Shown here piece after piece: positions 52,616-61,019 of a stretch of 64,000 nucleotides of DNA. The position numbers and the translations under genes were made by a program. The notes below the pieces were generated by a model, which was not told where the DNA came from, ran no database searches, and saw nothing but the letters and a program-made list of their open reading frames with translations. How positions within the stretch are numbered: the first letter of the stretch is position 1; each line of letters opens with the position of its first letter. Source of the stretch: an uncultured delta proteobacterium (GTDB lineage: Bacteria; Myxococcota_A; Polyangia; Polyangiales; Polyangiaceae); contig CAWDXG010000004.1 of the NCBI GenBank assembly GCA_963806225.1, forward strand, positions 1,984,001 through 2,048,000, in the 5' to 3' direction.

Positions 52616-53356
52616 CTAGAGATCGCGTTCGGTTCCTGTGTCGATGACCTCGGCCTCTTCGAAGCCCGGCCGGGCCTTCATCCGCGCGTAGTAGTCCCCG
52701 GTCGCCGTGCCCGCCCACCATTTCTCGAACCCGTGGATCCGGAAACGCGCCAGCGCCGCGGTGGCAAAGCAGTCGGCAAGCGAGTAGGCGTCGCCTGCCA
52801 GGTAGTCCTGCGCGGCCAGCGTTTCCGTCATCCGGCCGACGAGATCGCGCGCGGCGCCGACGTGCTGTTCAATACGGCTACGATCCTCGAGGAGGGCCTG
52901 CAAACGCCGGTTGCCTTCCAGGCGCGCGTCGATCAAGTCCCGCAATCCGGGTCGTCGAGCCGAAAGTTCCCCGAGGAGCCGGCCCCTGGCGACGATCTGG
53001 GGCGCGGCACCGTCCGGATCCAGCCGGTTTTGGTAGAGAAGAACGCCGTAGTGCAAGGCCATGATGTCGCGAAGCCAGAGCTGCGTCGTGCCGTCTCCGG
53101 AGAGATTGGGCCCCGGCAGTGCCTGCACCCTGTTCACGGTCCGGATCGTATCGGTGACGATTTCGTCGCCGATCGCGAGCGTCGGCACCACGGCGCGCGG
53201 ATTGAGGGCGACATACCACGGCTCGAACTGCTCGTTGGTGTCCATGATGTCGATCTCGCGACGCGTGAAGGGCTGCTGCTTCTCGACGAGTGCGAGCCGC
53301 GCCATCTGGGAGCAGATCGAGGAGCTGTGATCATAGAGCAGAAGCGCAGCCACCAT
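52616..53356 (-). CDS. glutathione S-transferase family protein
   Basis: LYDHSSSICSQMARLALVEK, LNPRAVVPTL, YLAGDAYSLAD, RMKARPGF. Confidence 0.88.
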   Translation of the reverse strand: MVAALLLYDHSSSICSQMARLALVEKQQPFTRREIDIMDTNEQFEPWYVALNPRAVVPTLAIGDEIVTDTIRTVNRVQALPGPNLSGDGTTQLWLRDIMALHYGVLLYQNRLDPDGAAPQIVARGRLLGELSARRPGLRDLIDARLEGNRRLQALLEDRSRIEQHVGAARDLVGRMTETLAAQDYLAGDAYSLADCFATAALARFRIHGFEKWWAGTATGDYYARMKARPGFEEAEVIDTGTERDL

Positions 53357-53438
53357 GGTTGTTCCTTGCTGGTCGTAGAGCGCCAGCCGGGTTCGCGCAA
53401 CGTAACAGGTCAGCGGCACGTCTGGTACGCTGCGCTCT

Positions 53439-54182
53439 GTGGGTGTGTTCGCGTTCGCGGTGCTCGCTTTTGCGGCGGGATTGTTGCTCGTCGTGTTCGG
53501 GGTCGGGATCATCGCGGGCAGGTGGCGCGCCGGGTCCGATCTGCGGCCCGCGGCGAACTCACCGCTGTCGGGCTGCCTTGTCGCCATCTGGGCGATCCCG
53601 TTGGGGCTGGCGATGCTCGCCAGCAGCTGGCTTGCCGCGCGCGACGTGCCGCCGATCGACTGGCTGTATGGTGGGCTCTACGTCGCGTCTGTGGTCGGGC
53701 CGATCGCGACACAGTGGCTACTGCGCAACTACCCTACCCGGGTCGACAGCCTCCTCGCCGAGATACGCGGCCACCTCGCGAAAGGCGTCGAGCCGGAGCA
53801 CATAGAGCTGAACGACAATTCTCCAGCACACACGGTGATCGCGGTCGGGCTCGGCGTCGGACGAGAGCCCGCCTCCCCCGGAACGGGGAGCTACCGCGAC
53901 GCACCCGGAACACCGGACTACGCCGCTCGCGTCCGTGCTGCGGTGGCGGCCGCTCGTTCCCACGAGATGCGTCGGACGATCCTCGGCGGGCTTCCGACTC
54001 TGGCTCCCGCGCTCGGCGTAAGCGTCCTCGCAGGCTCGCACGTTCCCATCAGCAGCTTCTTCACCTGGGTGCTGTACGGCGGCGCCGCACTGGGCGCGCT
54101 CGGCCTCTGGCTCGCGGCCTTCACCGTGCAGAGGATCCGCGTCGCAGCCGACGGGATCGACCGCATCCTGCTCGAACGCTAG
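53439..54182 (+). CDS. hypothetical multi-pass membrane protein
   Basis: Several hydrophobic segments; GTG start after TACGCT. Confidence 0.6.
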   Translation: MGVFAFAVLAFAAGLLLVVFGVGIIAGRWRAGSDLRPAANSPLSGCLVAIWAIPLGLAMLASSWLAARDVPPIDWLYGGLYVASVVGPIATQWLLRNYPTRVDSLLAEIRGHLAKGVEPEHIELNDNSPAHTVIAVGLGVGREPASPGTGSYRDAPGTPDYAARVRAAVAAARSHEMRRTILGGLPTLAPALGVSVLAGSHVPISSFFTWVLYGGAALGALGLWLAAFTVQRIRVAADGIDRILLER

Positions 54183-54267
54183 GCACGCCACGTAGTCTCG
54201 AGCTGTCCCGCGTGCCGGCCCGGCACGGAAGTCCCAGGTCGCTGGCGAAGATCCCGATGTTCAGGCT

Positions 54268-55677
54268 CTAGCCGCGGCGGCGCAGCACGAACAAGCCCAG
54301 GCCGAGCAGCGCAAACAGCGCGGGCGGCGCCGAGGGCGCGCGGCCTCCCAGGCGGCAACCGCAGCCGCCGCTGCTGCCCGCAGTGGTGCCGCCGCGGCCC
54401 GGCGCGGCGTCGCTGCTCGAGTCGGGCAGTCCGGCTGCGTCGAACGGCGCGGTCGCGTCGGCTCCGGCGTCGCCCGGTACGCCCGCGTCGGTCGCTGTGC
54501 CGGCGTCGGAGCCACTGACGGGCGTGGCGCGCAGCGCGTCGATGGCAAAGCTCTTGCCGTTGTCGGAAGCGTTGACGTAGTTGTCGCCGAGGCGCACCCA
54601 CTGGTTGCCCCCGGCGTCGAAATCGAAGCTGCCCAGATCCACCCAGCCGCCTTGCGTCAGCGACTGGTCGATCAGCACCTTGGTGGTGGCGGCTCCCGCG
54701 TACTGGATCTTGTAGGTCGCGCCGGTAGTGGCGTTGGTCAGCGCGGGCACGTAGGCGGACAGCTGGTAGGTGCCGGCCTGCGCGAACACCAGGTGCCAGA
54801 ACAACCCCTGCACGTAGTTCGGGTCCGGCGTGTCGGCCGTCGACCAGAAGGCGTGCCCGCCGTGGCCGTTCATGTCGGAGAGCGGACCGTTCACCGCCTC
54901 GCCGCACGGCCCGTCCTCTTCCAGCGTGGTGCCGGTGGGCTGGATGATGATGTTGCAGCCCGTCTGCGGCGGCGTCGTGGTGCCGTTGTTCTTCGAGGTG
55001 AGCGTCTGGCCCTGCGTGAGCCCTGTGTAGCCGTCGAGGGGCTCGGGGATCACCGCGTGTCCGCCGTAGGAGCCGCCGCTGCCGGTGCCGCCGAAGTTGG
55101 CGTCGCGGTGCACGGCAAAGTGCGTGTGCGGCGTGGAAAAGCTGCTGCAGCTCAGCGCCCCCTGGCACGACTGGCCCAGCGTGCCGATCTGATCGCCCTT
55201 CTTGACCTTGTCCCCGGTCTTGACGGTGATGGTGTCGAGGTGAGCGTACATCGTCGTGTACACGTGCCCATCGCCGAAGTCGTGGTGGATGTAGACGCGC
55301 TGGCCGTAGTTCGCCCAGCCCTGCGAACCCCAACCGGCGTCGAGCACGGTGCCGTCCGCTGCGGCGAGCACCGGCTGGCCTTTGCCGTGGTTCGAGTGGT
55401 CGGGCAAGTTCAGATCGAGCGCGTACCAGTCGTTCGCGCAGGACGAGTCGCTCGCCCGGCAGTGCAGGCTCGAGCCGCCCGTGGGGCCATAGCCTGAAAG
55501 CAGGTAGACGTGCTCGCCCGCCTTGAACGGCAGCGACAGATCGGCGCCCGAGGGCAGCGTCACGGCGCCGGCGGACTGGCAGGTGGCGTACTGGCAGGCC
55601 CGGGCTGGCCGCGCGCCGAAGAGCAGGACCAGGGCACCAACGAGGACGACAAGCAGTCTTTCGATGCGGCGGCTCAT
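54268..55677 (-). CDS. M23-family metallopeptidase with C-terminal beta-sandwich (golvesin/CBM-like) and MYXO-CTERM
   Basis: YALD, PVLAAADGTV, YAHL, PHTHF; GGWVDLGSFDF..AIDALR; GGCGC..RRRG tail. Confidence 0.85.
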   Translation of the reverse strand: MSRRIERLLVVLVGALVLLFGARPARACQYATCQSAGAVTLPSGADLSLPFKAGEHVYLLSGYGPTGGSSLHCRASDSSCANDWYALDLNLPDHSNHGKGQPVLAAADGTVLDAGWGSQGWANYGQRVYIHHDFGDGHVYTTMYAHLDTITVKTGDKVKKGDQIGTLGQSCQGALSCSSFSTPHTHFAVHRDANFGGTGSGGSYGGHAVIPEPLDGYTGLTQGQTLTSKNNGTTTPPQTGCNIIIQPTGTTLEEDGPCGEAVNGPLSDMNGHGGHAFWSTADTPDPNYVQGLFWHLVFAQAGTYQLSAYVPALTNATTGATYKIQYAGAATTKVLIDQSLTQGGWVDLGSFDFDAGGNQWVRLGDNYVNASDNGKSFAIDALRATPVSGSDAGTATDAGVPGDAGADATAPFDAAGLPDSSSDAAPGRGGTTAGSSGGCGCRLGGRAPSAPPALFALLGLGLFVLRRRG

Positions 55678-55726
55678 GCGAGCACCTCCGAGCGTGAGGC
55701 TTGAGCATAGCGGTTTTCCGGGCGGT

Positions 55727-58042
55727 TCAGAAGGACGCTTCGACGCCGATGCTCGGGATGCTGACCGGACCGATCTGGTCGGTCTGGCAACTCGACCCGT
55801 TGCAGTCGACGTTGACCGTTTCCTTGTTCAGCGTGGCGTTCAGCATCTCGACGATGAAGGCCCAGTAGCCGTGCTTGCCAAGGCGCCAGCGCTTCTCGAC
55901 GCGGAAGTCGATGCGATAAAACGAGGGGATGCGCCGTGGATGCGCTGTCCGGAGCACGCCGGGCGTGTCCTGCCGCGCGGGAAAGCCGGTGTAGAACACG
56001 ACGCGCGTGCCGGCACGCCAGTGAGCTCCTAGATCGTAGGCCAGCGCCAGGTTCAGCACGTGGGTGCGGTCGAAGTTGGCCGGATAGCGCTCGCGGCCGA
56101 TCGCGCGCATCGAACGCGACAGCGTGTACGACAGGAAACCGCCGAGCCGCTTGGTCAGCGCCCGGTGCAGGTACAGCTCGAGCCCCACGCTGGAGCCGAG
56201 GCTGCGACTGTCGAGCACGTCCGCCGCGTTGCCCAGTCGCCCGGAGCCCTGCTGGGTGTCGCTGGAGCGGTTGCCGTTGCCGCCGCCCGAGCCGAGCGGA
56301 TCGTTCAGGTTGAAAAATGTGTTCTGGAACAGTGTGAGCCTGCCGAGGATGTCCGCCGGCAGGTCCACCTCCACGCCCGCGCTCGACTGCACGGCGTGCT
56401 GCAGTCCGTGTCCCAGGCCACCCACCTGGAAGCCGGGCAGCGGCACGACAAAGCCGGGAGGCTGGCTCGCGAGGCCGAACGCATGCAGGAGGCGCACCTT
56501 GTCACTGACCGCGAAGCGCGCCGAGATGCGCGGCTCGACGGAGAACGCCGCAGCGCCCTCGGAGGTGTAGTAGTCGACACGGAGACCCGGCGTGACCTCG
56601 ACCCCCGGCGCTGCCTGCAGCACCGCGTCGCTCCAGAAGCCGGTGACCAGGTCCGAGCGGGTGGGAAACAGCGAGGTGAAGTCCCGGGTGCTCTGGTCGG
56701 CACCCGGTGGCAGCAGCACGTCGTAGTAGTCGAGCTCGGCGTCGGCGCCACCGCGCAGCAGCGTGCTCCGGCTCTTGCGATGGTGGACCTCCGTCCGGAT
56801 CCTGATCGACCGATCGCGCGTCGCCGGGTCGTTGGGGCTGCCTCCGGTGCGATCCAGTCCAAGCGTGACGGCCGTCCTTACGTGGGTCTTCGACGAGACG
56901 CGACGGTCGTAGCGCAGATCGACGCGATGGAACTGCGTGTTGAAGGCTGCCTGCGTAGTGCCGTCGCTCTGCTTCTCGCCCAGGAAGTCGTACGCGCCGA
57001 AGGCAAAGACGCTGACGGTGTCGCGCGGCGTCAGGTCGTAGCTGGCGCGCGTCTGGTAGTCCCAGTAGTCGAGCACCGTGCTGGGCGAGATCAGCGACAG
57101 CAGCAGCCCGGTGTACGAGTAGCGCCCGCCCACCAGCACCGCGCCGCTGTGATCGGGCAGCGGCGCTTCGACCATGCCGCCGGCGTCCACCACGCGCACC
57201 TCGCCCTCGCCGTGCAGGTCGGTGCGCGGCGGCGTGGTCTCTCCCGCGACGATGCCGCCGGCAAAGCGCCCGTAGCGCGCCGGGTAGCCGCCGGCGTACA
57301 GATCCACGCTGTCGACCATGGCGGGATTGATGACGGAGGGGCCGAGACCGACGTGGTAGAGCAGCGGCACGCGGACCCCGTCGATGTAGTAGCCCACGTC
57401 GCCGGGCGGCGCGCCGCGCACGTAGAAATACGGAAGCCCGCTGATGATGGGCGTGACGCCGGGCATCGCCTCCACGGCGCGGAACGGATCACCGAAGCTG
57501 CCCGGCAGCTGCCGCACCTCGGCGCGCGTGAGCTTCGTCACGCCCGGCGGGGTCCTCTGGCCGAGCACGTCGATGACGATGGGCGCGGGCTTGCTCGCCT
57601 TGGCTGGCTTTCTTGTCGACTCTGTCTTCGCTGGCAGTTTGGGTTCCGGCGCTGGCAGCCGCGGCGGTGTGGGCGGCGGCGGTGGCGCCTCGAACGTGAC
57701 CTCGAAGCGGATGCGCGCGGCCACCGGCTTGCCGTCGCGGAGCGCCGGCGAGAAGCGCCAGCCCTTCGACGCATCGCGCGCCGCCGTCGCGAAGGGCTCG
57801 ACGCCGCTCACCACGCGCCGGTCGTGCACGGAACCGTCGACCGCGACCACGAGCTCGAGGATCACAACGTCCCCGCCGTGCGCCCCCGGCGGATACTTCA
57901 CCGAGGTGTCGCCCTGCGGCTTCGGCATCACCACGGCGGGGTGCGCGTGCTTCGCCGGCGGCTGCGCCCTGGCCGGAGCCGTGCACAGACACAGCGCGAT
58001 CAGGACCAGCACCTGGCTGGTACGGCGGCGGGACAACGCCAT
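55727..58042 (-). CDS. TonB-dependent receptor with N-terminal TonB_C-like domain
   Basis: WRFSPALRDGKPVAARI; GDPFRAVEAMPGV, YVRG, GGYPARYGR plug motifs; terminal Phe. Confidence 0.88.
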   Translation of the reverse strand: MALSRRRTSQVLVLIALCLCTAPARAQPPAKHAHPAVVMPKPQGDTSVKYPPGAHGGDVVILELVVAVDGSVHDRRVVSGVEPFATAARDASKGWRFSPALRDGKPVAARIRFEVTFEAPPPPPTPPRLPAPEPKLPAKTESTRKPAKASKPAPIVIDVLGQRTPPGVTKLTRAEVRQLPGSFGDPFRAVEAMPGVTPIISGLPYFYVRGAPPGDVGYYIDGVRVPLLYHVGLGPSVINPAMVDSVDLYAGGYPARYGRFAGGIVAGETTPPRTDLHGEGEVRVVDAGGMVEAPLPDHSGAVLVGGRYSYTGLLLSLISPSTVLDYWDYQTRASYDLTPRDTVSVFAFGAYDFLGEKQSDGTTQAAFNTQFHRVDLRYDRRVSSKTHVRTAVTLGLDRTGGSPNDPATRDRSIRIRTEVHHRKSRSTLLRGGADAELDYYDVLLPPGADQSTRDFTSLFPTRSDLVTGFWSDAVLQAAPGVEVTPGLRVDYYTSEGAAAFSVEPRISARFAVSDKVRLLHAFGLASQPPGFVVPLPGFQVGGLGHGLQHAVQSSAGVEVDLPADILGRLTLFQNTFFNLNDPLGSGGGNGNRSSDTQQGSGRLGNAADVLDSRSLGSSVGLELYLHRALTKRLGGFLSYTLSRSMRAIGRERYPANFDRTHVLNLALAYDLGAHWRAGTRVVFYTGFPARQDTPGVLRTAHPRRIPSFYRIDFRVEKRWRLGKHGYWAFIVEMLNATLNKETVNVDCNGSSCQTDQIGPVSIPSIGVEASF

Positions 58043-58047
58043 GGGCG

Positions 58048-58890
58048 CTACGGCTCCGGCTGCGGCGGCAAGTCGCTGCAGCAGCGGAACCCGATCTCGT
58101 AGAACCGGAAGGCGTCACCATGCGTGGTCACGGCGCTCTGGCAGGTGCGCGCTTCCGCCCAGTAGCGGCCCTTGAGGCTGCCGTGGAAGTTGGTGGTCCC
58201 GCCGTCGCGACGGCGCGTCCATTCCTCGACGTTGCCGCACAGGTCGAACACGCCGTCGCTGTTCGTGCAGTCGGCGTGCGTACCGCTCGGGTCGCCCTGG
58301 TAGAGCGACTGCACCTCGTCGGCGGCGACGCTGCCGGCGGTCGAAGCCTGACGTGCAGCGTCCAGCAGGTCCGACAGCTTGTCGATGCTGCTGGCCGGGA
58401 GGTTCCAGGGCCAGCCGTTCAGCTGGGTCTGGTTGTACACCTTCCACACCTTGTCATCGTTGCACGTGCCGGGCTCGTGCGTGTCGCCATACGGATAGCT
58501 CGTCATGGCCGGGCCCTCGCACGCCTCGGTCCATTCGTCGTCGAAACACAGGCGCTTGCCGCGTGCCTGGCACCAGGCCGACGCCTCGGTGAACGTGTAC
58601 ATCACCAGCGGCCGTGCGCCTTCGCGGTTCGGGGCTTCGTAGAGGTCCATGCAGTAGCTGCCCAGGTCGACCATGTCCTGGGGACAGGGCGACGGCTCCG
58701 TGGGCGCGTCGGGTAGAGCGTCCAGAGGGGCGTCACCCGCGCCGTCGGCGGCGGCGTCGGCGCCCGCGTCGACCGTGCTTCGCGCGCCGCCCTCGTCCCC
58801 GGAGCTGCACGCGGCCGGCAAGAGCAGCGCGAGCGCGAGAGCCGCCGATAGGGCGCCGGACAAGCCCCTCCGACCGGATACGACGCGCAT
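58048..58890 (-). CDS. SUMF1/FGE-sulfatase domain lipoprotein
   Basis: Lipobox PAAC; YCMDLYE, CQARGKRLC..EW..AC, GVFDLCGNVEEW, GFRCC. Confidence 0.88.
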   Translation of the reverse strand: MRVVSGRRGLSGALSAALALALLLPAACSSGDEGGARSTVDAGADAAADGAGDAPLDALPDAPTEPSPCPQDMVDLGSYCMDLYEAPNREGARPLVMYTFTEASAWCQARGKRLCFDDEWTEACEGPAMTSYPYGDTHEPGTCNDDKVWKVYNQTQLNGWPWNLPASSIDKLSDLLDAARQASTAGSVAADEVQSLYQGDPSGTHADCTNSDGVFDLCGNVEEWTRRRDGGTTNFHGSLKGRYWAEARTCQSAVTTHGDAFRFYEIGFRCCSDLPPQPEP

Positions 58891-58984
58891 CGCGACGCGA
58901 TTGTATCCTCCCGGCCAGGGCGCGAGGAAGCTACAGTCTCCGCCCGATGCTCGATTTCATTCTCTGCCCGGCACCACCAGCACC

Positions 58985-59713
58985 GTGACGCCGCCTCCGG
59001 AGGCGAGTCAGCTCGTCCTGGCAGCCGCCATCGTGGGTCTGGGCGCGACCGTGCAGGGCTCGGTCGGCTTCGGCATGGCGCTGTTGTCCGCGCCGCTGCT
59101 GACGCTGATCGATCGCAGGCTCGTGCCCGGTCCGCTCCTGGTGGCAGCGCTCGCGCTGACGCTGTTGGTCGTCTGGCGCGATCGGCGCTCGGTCGACGTG
59201 GGCGGCGTGAAGTGGGCGCTGGTCGGTCGGGTTCCCGGCACCGTGGTCGGCGCGCTCACGCTGTCGCTCCTACCGCTGCACACGCTGACGCTGATCTTCG
59301 GTGGCGTGGTGATCGCGGCCGTGCTGATGCTGGCCTTCGGGCTGCCTCTGAAGCCGAAGGTGCCCGTCCTGCTCGGCGCGGGGCTCCTGTCGGGCTTCAT
59401 GGGCACGACCTCGTCGATCGGCGGTCCGCCCGTCGCGATGGTCTACCAGCACGAAAAGGGCCCCGCCGTGCGCGGCACCCTGGCGGGCTATTTCACATTC
59501 GGCGCCAGCATGTCGATCGCGGCGCTGGCGATCGTCGGGCGCTTCGGCCTGCGCGAGCTCGGCTGGGCCCTGTGGCTTCTGCCGGGCGTGCTCGTCGGCT
59601 TCGCGCTGTCGGCGCGCGTCACCCGCTGGCTCGACGCCGGCCGCACGCGACAAGCCGTGCTGGTCGTCGCGGCGCTTTCCGGCGCGATTGTCGTTGTGAA
59701 GCAGCTGCTGTAG
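58985..59713 (+). CDS. sulfite exporter TauE/SafE family
   Basis: VQGSVGFGMAL, GRVPGTVVG, GTTSSIGGPP; start approximate. Confidence 0.88.
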   Translation: MTPPPEASQLVLAAAIVGLGATVQGSVGFGMALLSAPLLTLIDRRLVPGPLLVAALALTLLVVWRDRRSVDVGGVKWALVGRVPGTVVGALTLSLLPLHTLTLIFGGVVIAAVLMLAFGLPLKPKVPVLLGAGLLSGFMGTTSSIGGPPVAMVYQHEKGPAVRGTLAGYFTFGASMSIAALAIVGRFGLRELGWALWLLPGVLVGFALSARVTRWLDAGRTRQAVLVVAALSGAIVVVKQLL

Positions 59714-59730
59714 CGGCCGCCGGGGCACGC

Positions 59731-59768
59731 TTGCCCGCTGGTCATACTGGAGTATGATTGAAGTATGA
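59731..59768 (+). promoter_or_regulatory. TA promoter with palindromic operator
   Basis: TTGCCC-N16-TATGAT; perfect inverted repeat TCATACT-GG-AGTATGA (59742-59757); extra AGTATGA at 59762. Confidence 0.7.
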
Positions 59769-60022
59769 CTGCCGGGAAGATTGCCGTCAGCGTGCCTTCC
59801 GATCTGCTCGAGCGCCTGGAAGCAGTTCGCCGCCGATCGGGCAGGAGCCGGAGCGCGCTGGTAGCAGAAGCGATCCAGGCTTGGTTGGATCAGGAGGAGC
59901 CGAACGACGACGACCGTCGCTACGTCGAAGGCTACCTGAAGCATCCCGAACGTACCGAGGACACGGCGGCTGTGGCTGCGGCCGCCATCGCGAGCTGGGA
60001 GCCGTGGGATGAGACGCGGTGA
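59765..60022 (+). CDS. ribbon-helix-helix (CopG/MazE-like) antitoxin
   Basis: KIAVSVPSDLLERLE..SRSALVAEAI; overlaps the toxin. Confidence 0.85.
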   Translation: MTAGKIAVSVPSDLLERLEAVRRRSGRSRSALVAEAIQAWLDQEEPNDDDRRYVEGYLKHPERTEDTAAVAAAAIASWEPWDETR

Positions 60023-60320
60023 GGTCTGGTGGGCCAGGCTCCCGGAGCCAGCTGGACGCCGCCCGGTGGTCCTGGTCTCCCGCGACTCCGCCTACGCCGT
60101 ACGCTCGTCCGTCACCGTCCTTGAAGTGTCCCGCAGTGCGCGCGGCATTCCCTCGGAGGTTCCTCTCGGAAGGCGCGACGGCCTCCCGCGTCGCTGCGTC
60201 GCCAACGCCGACAATCTGGTCACCATCCCGAAGGCCTGGCTCGAGTCCAGGATCGCAGCGCTGTCGCACGACAAGCTGGCGCTCGTCGACGACGCGCTGC
60301 GTTTCTCCCTGGCCTTGTGA
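60009..60320 (+). CDS. mazF: PemK/MazF-family toxin (endoribonuclease)
   Basis: MRRGEVWWA, RRPVVLVSRD, CVANADNLVTI. Confidence 0.9.
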   Translation: MRRGEVWWARLPEPAGRRPVVLVSRDSAYAVRSSVTVLEVSRSARGIPSEVPLGRRDGLPRRCVANADNLVTIPKAWLESRIAALSHDKLALVDDALRFSLAL

Positions 60321-61019
60321 GATTTCCTGGGTCGAGTGTTGGAGCGAACGAGCCCGGCTAATCCAGCGGGTGTTCGACATCGGTGCAGCGCCCGACGCGG
60401 ATGCAGCGCCCGACTCAGAAGCGGCAGCGCCTGACGCGGCGCCGCCCGACGGCATGGCCTCCGAAGCGAGCGGCAACAGCGCGGGGACGGAAGCGCGGGC
60501 TCGCCGCGCCCTGATCGCGGCGGTACGCCCTGCCCGAGCGCAGGCAGTGGATGGCTATCGCGAGCCCCCGGGCGGGCTGATGAACAGCATCGAAGCGGCC
60601 ATGCTGCTCCCCAGATGAACAGCCGGGAGCGCAGCAGACGCGTGGCAACTGGTGTCCCGGGGATTCTCCGGGGGTTGCGAAAAGCAGAGCGAGCAGCCAT
60701 TCGTCGCTACGGCCAACGCGACCGCGAACGCGACATTCGCCAACGCGACGATCCTGCCCCGCCTCGAGAAGCTCGCCCGCACGAAGAAATCATCCGCCCG
60801 CCAACGCCCCGCTGCAAACTGCGGGAACCCTCCTGATGTGCGCCCCACGCGCATGATGTGCGACAACCAGCGGTGCTCCGCGGCAACCGTGCGCACAGTC
60901 AGAATCCAGATTCCATATCGAAACTGGAATCGTCGTCTGCGGCCGCTTTCGTGCTTGTACGCAGCGCTGCATGGCGAGACAATGCGAAGGTTGCGCGGGC
61001 GAACTCGCGCGGAAGCGGA

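Noticed and set aside
49963..53356. Integron cassette array with attC sites
   Set aside because: No clear RYYYAAC..GTTRRRY-bounded attC after the genes, cargo genes are in mixed orientation, and there is no intI.
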